Below are positions 1-8,661 of a stretch of DNA of 64,000 nt, in pieces. Position 1 is the first letter of the stretch. Every line of letters begins with the position of its first letter. The DNA comes from an uncultured Acidimicrobiaceae bacterium (GTDB taxonomy: Bacteria; Actinomycetota; Acidimicrobiia; Spongiisociales; UBA5794). The DNA is taken from positions 59,034 to 123,033 of the forward strand of contig CAMYMC010000021.1 of the NCBI GenBank assembly GCA_947259365.1, read 5' to 3'. A model generated the notes under the pieces. The model had not been told where the DNA came from. It saw nothing but the letters and a program-made list of their open reading frames with translations, and searched no databases. A program made the position numbers and the translations under genes.

Positions 1-1503
1 GCTGTCGCAGTGCATCTCGTGGGCGCCGATGCCGGCCCCGTTCGGCCAGCGGATGACGAGGGGGAGGGTGGCGTGGCCCTGGGTGCGGAACCGGATCCTG
101 CCGACGTGGCTCATCATCTGGTCGAAGCCGGCATAGACGAACCCGTCGAACTGGATCTCGGCGATCGGGCGGGAACCTGCGATCGCCATCCCGATGGCGC
201 TCCCGACGATGCCGGCCTCGTTCAGCGGCGTGTCGATGACCCGCCCGGCGCCGTAGCGATCGAGAAGCCCCTCCGTGATACGGAACACGCCACCGGCGAC
301 GGCGACGTCCTCCCCGAGCACGATGGTCGAGTCGTCGCGCTCCATCGCCTCGTGCAACGTCGCGTTGATCGCCTCGGCCATGTTCCAGCGCTCGGTCGGC
401 CCCGCCACATCCGGATCGGGACCCGTCGGCCAGAGCTCGCCGGGCCCGAACGACGTGGGCGCTTCCCCGGAGCCGATCTCGAGCTGGTTCAGCTCGCGGA
501 CGAGGATGTCGGGGATCCGGCTGTAGACGTGGCGGACGATGCTCGCCCGCGGTGGTTCCGGTATGGCCTCCACCGCGCGGAGGGCGGCCTCGAAGGCGTC
601 GCCCGATGCGGCGACGAGTGCGGTTTCCCGGTCCTCGTCCCACAGCTCTCGCCCTTCGAGGAACGCGCGAAAGCGCGGGAGCGGATCCCGGGCTCGCCAC
701 TCCTGCTCTTCCTCCCGGTCTCGGTAGAGGTGAGGGTCGTCTGCGGTTCCGTGACCGCCGTAGCGGTAGCACATCGCCTCGATGAGGGTCGGTCCGTCGC
801 CGCGGCGCGCCCGATCCACCGCCTCACGGGTCACGTCGTAGGTGGCGAGGACGTCCATGCCGTCCACCCGGATGCCGGGTATGCCGTACGCCCGCGCCTT
901 GTCGGCGATCGTGTCTGCCGCAGTCTGGTTCGCGAACGGCATCGAGATCGCATAGAGGTTGTTCTCGCAGACGAACACGGTCGGTGTCTTCCACACGCCG
1001 GCGAAGTTGAGCCCGGCGTGGAAATCGTTCGCCGATGTCGCTCCGTCCCCGAAGTACGTTGCGGTGACGACGGGCTCGCCGCGCAGCCGGGCGGCGTAGG
1101 CGTGGCCCACCGCGTGGGTCACCTGGGATGCGATCGGCACCGCGATGCTCATCATGCCGAACCGGTGGACGTCCCAGTCCTCGCTGGGCAGCCCCCGCCA
1201 GTACGTGAGCATGACGTCGAGCGGCATCCCCCGGGTCAGCATGACGCCGTGCTCGCGGTATCCGGGGTAGACGAAGTCCTCGGCGCCGAGCGCGTAGGCA
1301 GAGCCGACCTGGGCAGCTTCCTGGCCTTCCAGCATCGGGTAGGTGCCGATCCGGCCCTGGCGCTGCGCGGCGAGCGCCCTCTGGTCGAAGTCGCGGCTGC
1401 GCACCATGAGCCCGTACAGCTCGATGAGCTGTTTGTCGTCGAGGTCGGGGAGGTCCCCGATGACGCTGCCGTCTGGGGCGAGCACTCGTCGCATGTCGGT
1501 CAT
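1..1503 (-). CDS. 2-oxoacid (pyruvate/branched-chain/acetoin-type) dehydrogenase E1 component; alpha (TPP-binding) and beta (transketolase-like) parts in a single frame; 3' end beyond the window start
   Basis: My reverse-complement translation from ATG at 1503 (MTDMRRVLAPDG...) gives E1-alpha hallmarks (DTIADKARAYGIPGIRVDGMDV, MCYRYGGH). It continues without a stop into E1-beta hallmarks (MAEAINATLHEAMERDD, PIAEIQFDGFVYAGFDQ, RWPNGAGIGAHEMHCDS). The ORF is absent from the track, presumably because it runs off the edge. The 10..1779 + ORF is its antisense. Confidence 0.6.
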   Translation of the reverse strand, partial: MTDMRRVLAPDGSVIGDLPDLDDKQLIELYGLMVRSRDFDQRALAAQRQGRIGTYPMLEGQEAAQVGSAYALGAEDFVYPGYREHGVMLTRGMPLDVMLTYWRGLPSEDWDVHRFGMMSIAVPIASQVTHAVGHAYAARLRGEPVVTATYFGDGATSANDFHAGLNFAGVWKTPTVFVCENNLYAISMPFANQTAADTIADKARAYGIPGIRVDGMDVLATYDVTREAVDRARRGDGPTLIEAMCYRYGGHGTADDPHLYRDREEEQEWRARDPLPRFRAFLEGRELWDEDRETALVAASGDAFEAALRAVEAIPEPPRASIVRHVYSRIPDILVRELNQLEIGSGEAPTSFGPGELWPTGPDPDVAGPTERWNMAEAINATLHEAMERDDSTIVLGEDVAVAGGVFRITEGLLDRYGAGRVIDTPLNEAGIVGSAIGMAIAGSRPIAEIQFDGFVYAGFDQMMSHVGRIRFRTQGHATLPLVIRWPNGAGIGAHEMHCDS

Positions 1504-2582
1504 CCTGTGGTGTCGGGGACGTTGTCGAGAGCGTGGAGGAATCGCCGGTTCTCCCGCTCGGTGCCGACCGAGACACGGATCCAGGGCCCCATCGGTCGGA
1601 CGATGACGCCTTCGTGGAGAAGGGCGGAGGCGGTGGCGGCGGGGTCTCCGGCGGGGCGCCACAGCACGAAGTTCGTCTGGCTGTCGATCACGGCGAGACC
1701 GCGTCCTCTGAGCTCGGTGGCGAGCAGCTCCCTGCCGATCGCGTTCTCCTTGACACGCTCCACGACACGGTCGGGATGACGGAGGGCCTCGATGGCGGCG
1801 ATCTGGGCGAGCGTCGAGGTCGCGAACGGCACCTGGGGTCGCCGCAGCGCCTGCAGGGTCTCCGGCTTGCCCATCGCGTAGCCGACGCGCAACCCGGCGA
1901 GCCCGTAGACCTTGGAGAAGGTTCTCGTCACGACGACGTTGTCGCGCTCGAGAGCCAGCGGGATCGCACTGGCGTAGTCGGGGGCGGTGACATATTCGGC
2001 GTAGGCCTCGTCGATGAGGATGAGCACACGCTCGGGGACGAGGCCGACGAGGCGATCGATGTCGCCCGCCGGCGAATACGTCCCGGTCGGGTTGTTGGGG
2101 TTGCAGTAGAAGAGGACGACCGTGTCGTCGCGGATCGCCGCCGCCATCGCCTCGGGATCGTGGCGGTGATCGGCGTCGATGGGCACGTCGATCACGTCGC
2201 CCCCGGCGATTGCCGCTGCGATCGAATACATGACGAACGACGGCCTGGCGACCACGACCGAAGTGTCCGCCCGCACCGTGGCGAGCGACGCGGAGAGGAG
2301 GAGGCTCGTGCTGCCGGGGCCGACCCACACCGAGTCGCGCTCGATGCCGTGATGGGCGGAGAGTGCCTCGGCGAGGTAGTACGCCGACGTCTCCGGATAG
2401 CGGTGGACGGTCCCGGCAGCGGCGGCGATGGCGCTCTGCACTTCAGGGAACGGCTCGGTCGGCGATTCGTTCGAGGCGAGCTTGACGATGTCCTCGATGC
2501 CGAGCTCGCGGGACACCTCTTCGATCGGCTTCCCCGGGTTGTAGGTGATGAGCCCGTCGAGGTCGGGGCGAAACGTCGGCAT
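1500..2582 (-). CDS. hisC: histidinol-phosphate aminotransferase
   Basis: Class I/II aminotransferase with PLP lysine context (TFSKVYGLAGLRVGY) and CNPNNPTG motif. Start taken at internal Met (MPTFRPDLDG). There is a 4-nt overlap with the upstream E1 gene on the same strand. Confidence 0.85.
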   Translation of the reverse strand: MPTFRPDLDGLITYNPGKPIEEVSRELGIEDIVKLASNESPTEPFPEVQSAIAAAAGTVHRYPETSAYYLAEALSAHHGIERDSVWVGPGSTSLLLSASLATVRADTSVVVARPSFVMYSIAAAIAGGDVIDVPIDADHRHDPEAMAAAIRDDTVVLFYCNPNNPTGTYSPAGDIDRLVGLVPERVLILIDEAYAEYVTAPDYASAIPLALERDNVVVTRTFSKVYGLAGLRVGYAMGKPETLQALRRPQVPFATSTLAQIAAIEALRHPDRVVERVKENAIGRELLATELRGRGLAVIDSQTNFVLWRPAGDPAATASALLHEGVIVRPMGPWIRVSVGTERENRRFLHALDNVPDTTG

Positions 2583-2650
2583 CGTCTCGTGTCCTCCCCG
2601 TCGGCTGCGGTCGCGCTCCGCCACCGCCGTCAGGCCCGGCGAAGCGCACT

Positions 2651-2712
2651 TTGTACAGCAAGCATCAGCGGTGTATCGTCCTCTGTCAACTGAGTGATAT
2701 CTTGCTATACAA
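2651..2712. promoter_or_regulatory. inverted repeat in the AT-rich hisC / lrp divergent intergenic region
   Basis: TTGTACAGCAAG (2651-2662) and CTTGCTATACAA (2701-2712) are reverse complements with one mismatch. The local GC is far below the window average. Confidence 0.4.
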
Positions 2713-2742
2713 TCTGTTCAAGATCAGACGAGACGATCTGGC

Positions 2743-3228
2743 ATGACTGCGCAGACTGGCCACCGGCTCGACGACCTCGACGTGCGGCTCATCCGAGACC
2801 TCGCGACGCACCCGAGATCGGGGATCCTCGAGACGGCGCGCCGGCTCGGCGTCGCGAGGAACACGGTGTACGCCCGTCTCGCCAGGCTCCAGGACCGCGG
2901 CGTGATCGTCGGGTTCGGGCCGGACGTCGACCTGGGCGCGATCGGCTACGGGGTGATGGCCTTCACGACGATCGAGGTGATCCAAGGCAGGTTCAACGAG
3001 GTCGTCGCCGAGCTGGTGAAGATCCCCGAGGTGATCGAGGCGCACACCGTCGCCGGCGAGGGGGACATGTTGTGCCGTATCGCCGCCGCGTCGAACGCGC
3101 AGATCATGTCGGTCGTCGAGCGCATCGTCCACATTCCGGGCGTCGACCGGACCCGGACCGCGATCTCGCTCGCCGAGCAGATCCGCTACCGGACGATGCC
3201 GCTCGTCGAGCGGGCTCGCTCGGGGTGA
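2743..3228 (+). CDS. Lrp/AsnC family transcriptional regulator
   Basis: 161 aa with an N-terminal HTH (LDDLDVRLIRDLATHPRSGILETARRLGVARNTVYARLARLQDRG) and a C-terminal RAM/AsnC_trans_reg domain. It sits divergent from hisC across an AT-rich intergenic region. Confidence 0.85.
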   Translation: MTAQTGHRLDDLDVRLIRDLATHPRSGILETARRLGVARNTVYARLARLQDRGVIVGFGPDVDLGAIGYGVMAFTTIEVIQGRFNEVVAELVKIPEVIEAHTVAGEGDMLCRIAAASNAQIMSVVERIVHIPGVDRTRTAISLAEQIRYRTMPLVERARSG

Positions 3229-4043
3229 GCGCCGCCGGCCTCCGGATGTGCTCCTCGGTCCGCCGAGGCCATCTCGGCGGCGAGCGCGAGGTGAATGGCG
3301 GCTGCGTCGGCGGAGTACACCGCATCGACGTGCCACTGCGACGCCCCGGTCGTCGCCACTCCGAGCACCCGGGTCGCCTCCGGGTGTGCGACTGCGATCC
3401 ACTCGGCAACGCGGGCCCACGCCTCGAGGTCCACGCTGCCGTGGCGGACGATGCCGGCGACCTCGGTGCCGACCATGACGCCGTGGAGGTGGCCCCTCTC
3501 CGCCGGTAGGCCCAGTCGTTCGAGGACGCCCCCGCTCGTCTCGTACGCGCAGGTGGCGAGGAGCGCCTTGGGTCCGCCGCCCCAGCTCTCGCAACCGGAG
3601 ATGCGGATCGATGAAGACAGCCCGGCGAGGTACGACACGAAGCCCTCGACCCGCTCCCGATCGAGCGCGCCGGCGGACCACAGGCCGGCGTCGGTCGGGA
3701 GCAGCGGCCACTCGGAGGTCCCGACCCCGTGGAGATCGGGGAGCACCGCAACGAGCCGTCCGGCGACCGCGGCGGCGTCGCCGGCATTGACGGACGCGAC
3801 GAAGTCCTCGAACGCGGCGAGGACCTCCGGAGTCGGGAACGAGGGGAGCAACGACACGCCGGGGGCCGCGTCGGCCACCGTCAGTGCCGGGATGCCGGAT
3901 GTCGTGGTGGGCCCACCCGGCGCAGCGGCGCGGGCGTCACCATCGGGCCCGACGTCCGCCGCGACGGTGGACCGACCCGGTCCCGCCCACACCGCGACCA
4001 TCGCCACGACCACGATCGCGCCCGCGACGAGGCGGGGCCGCAA
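3186..4043 (-). CDS. hypothetical secreted/membrane-anchored protein
   Basis: High GC3 throughout, including the 43-nt convergent overlap with the Lrp gene. Signal/TM-like N-terminus (RPRLVAGAIVVVAMVAVWA). Start uncertain: I placed it at a TTG at 4043, and ATG 4001 is the alternative. The 5' part of the 445-aa track ORF is Arg-rich junk. Confidence 0.4.
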   Translation of the reverse strand: MRPRLVAGAIVVVAMVAVWAGPGRSTVAADVGPDGDARAAAPGGPTTTSGIPALTVADAAPGVSLLPSFPTPEVLAAFEDFVASVNAGDAAAVAGRLVAVLPDLHGVGTSEWPLLPTDAGLWSAGALDRERVEGFVSYLAGLSSSIRISGCESWGGGPKALLATCAYETSGGVLERLGLPAERGHLHGVMVGTEVAGIVRHGSVDLEAWARVAEWIAVAHPEATRVLGVATTGASQWHVDAVYSADAAAIHLALAAEMASADRGAHPEAGGAHPERARSTSGIVR

Positions 4044-4283
4044 GGCTCCACCGGGAACCGGTGCCGGGCCGCCCCGATCCTCAATGGGGTCGAGGACTCT
4101 GATCGCGCTCGTGATGTCCGGCCTTCGCCGCTGCCGTGCCGGATTGTCGCCGTTCGCACCGGCCGGGGCGACCGCACGGAGTCGGGCGCCGCGAGTCCGA
4201 CGGCTGGAGCACGAGGCGACGATGTCGTGTTGGGTGCGGGCGGTACCTATGGTTGGCGCAGCCCCGGCGTTTGGAGTCCCCCG

Positions 4284-4901
4284 ATGGCAACGACGAGACG
4301 TCTCTTCGGTGTGCTCGCGGTTGCCCTCGCGATTGCGCTCGCCGGCTGCGGCGGAGACTCCGGGACGGGTGCAGGTTCCGACTCGCGCGTGCCCGCTCCG
4401 TCGACGAGCGAAGCTCCTTCGACCTCGGCGCCGTCGACCACCACGACCGCAGCGACCGTGACCGAGGCTCCACTGCCGGGAGCGAGCGCGGCCGTCAGCC
4501 AGGGCAACACGGTCTCGGTTCACTACGTCGGCACGCTCGACGACGGTGAGCAGTTCGACTCCTCCCGCGACCGGGGTCAGCCGCTCACGTTCGTCGTCGG
4601 CGCCGGTCAGATGATCTCGGGCTTCGACACGGCGGTGCAGGGAATGGAGCTCGGCGAGATCAAAGCCGTGCGGCTTCTACCCGCCGAGGCCTACGGGGAG
4701 CGCAGCGACGATCTCGTCGTCGAGGTCGGGCTCGACCAGGTTCCGCCGGACACATCGATCGGTGACACGCTCATCGCGCAGGACGGGCGGTCGGTGATGG
4801 TGCTCGCGGTCGAGGGAGACGTCGTGACGATCGACGCCAACCATCCGCTGGCGGGCGAAGTGTTGACCTTCGAGATCGAGATCGTCGACATCCAGCCCTG
4901 A
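4284..4901 (+). CDS. FKBP-type peptidyl-prolyl cis-trans isomerase, lipoprotein
   Basis: Lipobox (LAIALAGCGG) followed by an FKBP domain (VHYVGTLDDGEQFDSSRDRGQPLTFVVGAGQMISGFDTAVQGMELGE). ATG at 4284. The upstream part of the track ORF is rejected. Confidence 0.85.
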   Translation: MATTRRLFGVLAVALAIALAGCGGDSGTGAGSDSRVPAPSTSEAPSTSAPSTTTTAATVTEAPLPGASAAVSQGNTVSVHYVGTLDDGEQFDSSRDRGQPLTFVVGAGQMISGFDTAVQGMELGEIKAVRLLPAEAYGERSDDLVVEVGLDQVPPDTSIGDTLIAQDGRSVMVLAVEGDVVTIDANHPLAGEVLTFEIEIVDIQP

Positions 4902-4945
4902 CGGTCGGGCACGGCATCGGGACCGGGCCGCGCACGCGGTGGAGG

Positions 4946-5620
4946 TCACGCCCTCTCTGCGTCGACGATGCGGCGGGCGACGACCTCGAGGTCCGGACCC
5001 GTGACGTCCGGCGCTGGGTAGAGCGGGTTCGCCACGGTTCCGGGACGGGTGATGAGCGCGCCGGCACAGCCGGCTCTCATGGCGCCCGCGACGTCCCAGT
5101 CGTGGGCAGCGACCATGCGGAGATCGGCCGTCCCGACGCCGAGAGTGGCCGCGGCCATCTCGTACACCGCGGCCGCAGGCTTGAACTTGCCCGTCGGCTC
5201 GACCGACATGATCCGCTCGAAGAACGGGGCGAGGCCGGAGGCATCGAGCTGGGCATCCGCAGTGGCCTGGGGTGAGTTCGTCAGCGCCGCGAGCCTCAAG
5301 CCACCGTCGCGGAGGACGCGGAGACCCGGGACCGCGTCCGGGTGGGCGGGGAGGCTGCGGATGGCCGCCCCGATCTCCGTCATCGCGTCGGGACCGAGAT
5401 CGACCTCGCGGGCCTCGGCGATCATCCGCAACGAAGCCCCCGCCACCGTGAGGAAGTCGCTGCCGTCGTCGGTGATCGTGAGGCACATCGCGTTCCGCAG
5501 GACGAGGGAGAACCACGTCTCCCGCACCGCCGGATCCCCGAACATCGCCGTGAACCACTCGTCGAGTGCTCCGAGGTCGAGGAGGGTCTCGTTGACGTCG
5601 AAGACCTGGATGCGGGCCAT
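4946..5620 (-). CDS. haloacid dehalogenase type II (HAD superfamily hydrolase)
   Basis: N-terminal 'VFDVNETLLDL' HAD motif I and overall L-2-haloacid dehalogenase-like length and layout (224 aa). Confidence 0.8.
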   Translation of the reverse strand: MARIQVFDVNETLLDLGALDEWFTAMFGDPAVRETWFSLVLRNAMCLTITDDGSDFLTVAGASLRMIAEAREVDLGPDAMTEIGAAIRSLPAHPDAVPGLRVLRDGGLRLAALTNSPQATADAQLDASGLAPFFERIMSVEPTGKFKPAAAVYEMAAATLGVGTADLRMVAAHDWDVAGAMRAGCAGALITRPGTVANPLYPAPDVTGPDLEVVARRIVDAERA

Positions 5621-5745
5621 CGTCCACCTTCACCAGCCGGGGCGCGGAATCTAGTTCGCTGCGGGCGGTTGAACATCGACGGCCCGCGAACCGAGGGGCG
5701 ATCTGGGCCGTAGTGCTGTTGAGGCGAACTCGAGGGAGCGATGTG

Positions 5746-6366
5746 ATGATCCGCAGGATGCTCATCGTCGCCGGCGCGCTTGCGCTCGTGGCGGCGGCGT
5801 GTGGCGACGACGACGTAGGGGTGACGAGCGGCCCGCCGGCGACCACGGAGGCACCGGCGACGACGGTGACCCAGGCACCGACGACGACTCTGGGGACGAC
5901 GACGGCAGCGCCTTCGACAACCGCGGCGGCGACGACCGAGGCCCCGGCTCCGAGCGGACCCTCGCCGATCGTGATCGCGTCTGTTGATTTCGCTGCGGGG
6001 ACGGCGGTGTTGCGGAATGTGGGGACCACGGACTACGACCTCGCCGGGCACTTCCTGTGCAACCGACCGAGCTACGTGCCGTTGCCCGAGGAGACGGTGG
6101 CTGCGGGTGCGACGATGACGGTCGATCTCACCGGGCTGGGGGTGAGCGCCAGCGGTGGTGAGCTCGGCCTCTACACGAGCTCGTCGTTCGGGGACGCGTC
6201 GGCGATCATCCGCTATGTCGAGTGGGGGTCGGCGGGGCACGGCCGGACGTCGACTGCGGTCGAGGCCGGGGTGTGGGCCGACGGCGACTTCGTCGACAAC
6301 GGAGGCGCCGACATCGCCTCCACCGGCGACGATCCCACCGGAGCCGCAGACTGGTCGACCTCCTGA
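5746..6366 (+). CDS. hypothetical lipoprotein (Thr/Ala-rich linker)
   Basis: Lipobox LVAAACGDD and a low-complexity TTEAPATT linker followed by a globular domain. Start taken at ATG 5746 within the longer track ORF. Confidence 0.6.
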   Translation: MIRRMLIVAGALALVAAACGDDDVGVTSGPPATTEAPATTVTQAPTTTLGTTTAAPSTTAAATTEAPAPSGPSPIVIASVDFAAGTAVLRNVGTTDYDLAGHFLCNRPSYVPLPEETVAAGATMTVDLTGLGVSASGGELGLYTSSSFGDASAIIRYVEWGSAGHGRTSTAVEAGVWADGDFVDNGGADIASTGDDPTGAADWSTS

Positions 6367-6382
6367 CCGGTTCTGGGTCGAG

Positions 6383-6814
6383 TCAACCGTCGTCCTTGGC
6401 GGTGACGGTCACCACAGTGATCGGGACGGCGCGCTGGAGCCGGCTCGGGAGATCCATACGAAGCCACTGCGACAGTTTCGTCGGCAGCGTCGAGACGATG
6501 ATCTCGTCGTAGTGCTTCAGCTGCATCCGGTGCCTCGTCGCGTGCACCGGATCGTCCTCGGTCACCTCTCCGGCAGCGACGGCGCCTGTGGCGCGCAGCT
6601 CGGCCAGCACGCCCCGCAGCCGCTGCCACGCAGCCCGATGCGGGTCGTCCGGGCTCGCCGTGCCCCGCGGCCAGACCGGGACGTGCTGGCTGCGGGCGGC
6701 GTGCGGCACGAGGAAGTAGAACGCGGACGCACCGGTCTCCGCCCGCAGCAGGAGCTCCTGTTGCAGCATCTCGGTTCCGAGCGTCTGGTTCGCCACCACC
6801 AGGTAACGGCGCAT
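6383..6814 (-). CDS. conserved hypothetical protein
   Basis: 143 aa (MRRYLVVANQTLGTE...). Coding-like composition and a clean ORF. It sits immediately downstream of the MmyB-like regulator. Confidence 0.5.
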   Translation of the reverse strand: MRRYLVVANQTLGTEMLQQELLLRAETGASAFYFLVPHAARSQHVPVWPRGTASPDDPHRAAWQRLRGVLAELRATGAVAAGEVTEDDPVHATRHRMQLKHYDEIIVSTLPTKLSQWLRMDLPSRLQRAVPITVVTVTAKDDG

Positions 6815-6913
6815 CGGGCTCCTTTCCCGTGGGCGCTCTCTGCTGAGGCTACGCGCCGTGATCGGATTCCGGGATGTCCTCTTTTCGCGATCGGGGCGGC
6901 GCCGTGTCGGGCT

Positions 6914-7711
6914 TCAGCCCGCCAGCCGCCGCAACTCGGCCTCGGACGCGGCATCCGCGGGGAAGAACGTCTCGAGACGCAGCTCCTCCACCGTCACGTC
7001 GTAGGCGGCCCCCAGTGTCGCGATCGTCCCGAAGAGGCGTAGCTCGACCCCGTCGGTGCGATAGTGGATCGGCACGAGGAGGTCGTCGCCCGAGACCGCG
7101 AGCTTGCGGGGGAGCGTGGCGACGTCAGGGTACGACTCCGCCTCGGCGAGCATCGCTTGGAGGGCCTCGTCGGTCGGGCGTTCCGCCGCCTCGCGCCGGA
7201 GCCGGTCCATGATGGTCGTCGCCACCTCCGGCCAGTTGACGGTGACCCGCCGCAGGCCCTCCGGGTGGAGGGCGAGGCGCATCATGTTGACGGCGGAGCC
7301 CGCCGAATCCGTTGCCGCCACGACGAGGACGGCCGTGAGCCGCCCCGCGGCTTCGTTGGCCATCACGACGTCCCACCTGCGATCGACCACGATCGCCGGG
7401 TAGGGCTCGTGGGAGCGGAGGAGGAACTCGAGGACGTGGCGCACCTGGGCCATCGCCGGCTCGTCGAGCCCCGTTTCCGGGTAGAGGGGGGCGTACCCCG
7501 CGGAGACGAGCAAGGTGTTGCGCTCGCGCAGTGGCACGTCCAGGACGGTGGCCAGGTGGACGACCATCTCCCGGCTCGGCCGGGCCTTGCCGGTCTCGAG
7601 GAAGCTGAGGTGACGCTGGGAGACCCCTGCCTCCGCCGAGAGGCCCAGTTGGCTGAGGCGTCTCCGCTTTCGCCAGTTGCGCAATGCCCGCCCGAAGGCG
7701 CTCGCCGACAT
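6914..7711 (-). CDS. XRE-family HTH regulator with MmyB-like ligand-binding domain
   Basis: N-terminal HTH_XRE (FGRALRNWRKRRRLSQLGLSAEAGVSQRHLSFLETGKARPS) plus a C-terminal region typical of MmyB-like regulators. Confidence 0.8.
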   Translation of the reverse strand: MSASAFGRALRNWRKRRRLSQLGLSAEAGVSQRHLSFLETGKARPSREMVVHLATVLDVPLRERNTLLVSAGYAPLYPETGLDEPAMAQVRHVLEFLLRSHEPYPAIVVDRRWDVVMANEAAGRLTAVLVVAATDSAGSAVNMMRLALHPEGLRRVTVNWPEVATTIMDRLRREAAERPTDEALQAMLAEAESYPDVATLPRKLAVSGDDLLVPIHYRTDGVELRLFGTIATLGAAYDVTVEELRLETFFPADAASEAELRRLAG

Positions 7712-7825
7712 CCCCGACCTCCTGTCGGGTGCATTATGTCGCGTGTCCTGTCCGAAGATCGATGACCCGCGAGGTCATCGATCTCATGACGAACGATGCG
7801 GGCGCAGCCCGGTGTGCCGGCGATG

Positions 7826-8239
7826 TCAGTGCGGCGGGTCCTCCGGCACGGAGTCGGGCTCGCGACCGACGGTGAACTTCAGCTCCCCGACGTCCTTCAC
7901 GTTCCAGCACAGGGTCGTGCCCCCGGCGACGGTGAGCCGGAACGGCCCTCCCTGCTCCGCCGGCAGGGTCGAACCACCGAGCGATGTCGCCAGCCATCCA
8001 CCGTCGATGATCTCTGCGATCGGGATCGAGGCGCGATAGTCCCCCGAGCGGCTGATCGCGGTGCAGAAGGCGGCGTCGGGTGCCGGCTCCGCGGCTCCGA
8101 CGACGTCGGCGAGGTGAACGGCACCTCCGACGGTACCGTCGACGACGACCGAGACGTCGGCGACGAACGACGGCAGCGATTCGAGATCCTCGCGCGACAG
8201 TGTTCCGGGCCGGGCCACCTCACCGCTGACCACGAGCAT
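7826..8239 (-). CDS. small molybdopterin-binding (sulfite-oxidase/YedY-fold) oxidoreductase-like protein
   Basis: MLVVSGEVARPGTLSREDLESLP...GGPFRLTVAGGTTLCWNVKDVGELKF resembles the Mo-cofactor oxidoreductase domain. Start trimmed to Met49 of the track ORF because the 5' extension is Arg-rich. Confidence 0.5.
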   Translation of the reverse strand: MLVVSGEVARPGTLSREDLESLPSFVADVSVVVDGTVGGAVHLADVVGAAEPAPDAAFCTAISRSGDYRASIPIAEIIDGGWLATSLGGSTLPAEQGGPFRLTVAGGTTLCWNVKDVGELKFTVGREPDSVPEDPPH

Positions 8240-8661
8240 CACGTCCTGGTTCGTCACCGCTCTCCTCCCGGCGCCTCGCTCAACTGTACGACGGCGGCGC
8301 TGGGTCATCGGTCGCGCCGGCCGGGTGGCCCGTCTCGCACCGCCTCGAGCCAGGCTTCGGGGCCCATGCTCCCCGGGGTCCATCCCTCACGCCACCACGT
8401 CGCCCCCGCCGTCGCCATCGCCGCGTTCTCGTCCGAGGCGTCGGCTCGTCAGCATGCGATCCCCCCGAGGGCGATGTCCCGTGTCAGCCCGCCGCTTCCA
8501 CGTCGGCGGCCAGCCGGCCAACGCGCGCCGGGTCGGCCCACGGCCCGAAGTTCGCGATGTCGTCGCAGTACTTCACGGGCGGTGCGGCGACCCGGAAGCG
8601 TGGAGGACGATGGCTGCGCCGGGCGCTGAGATGCATCGGCGTGTCACACGGGCCAGAGTAG

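Noticed and set aside
824-1576. 250-aa minus ORF and the other Arg-rich ORFs across 1-4500 (e.g. 2686..3711 -, 3104..3787 -, 3295..4461 +)
   Set aside because: Wrong-frame artefacts overlapping well-supported genes, with extreme Arg/Pro/Gly content and no domains.
10-1779. 589-aa plus-strand ORF at the window start
   Set aside because: It is antisense to the clearly recognisable E1 alpha/beta dehydrogenase gene and has low-complexity Arg/Gly/Pro-rich composition. It is a typical high-GC antisense ORF.
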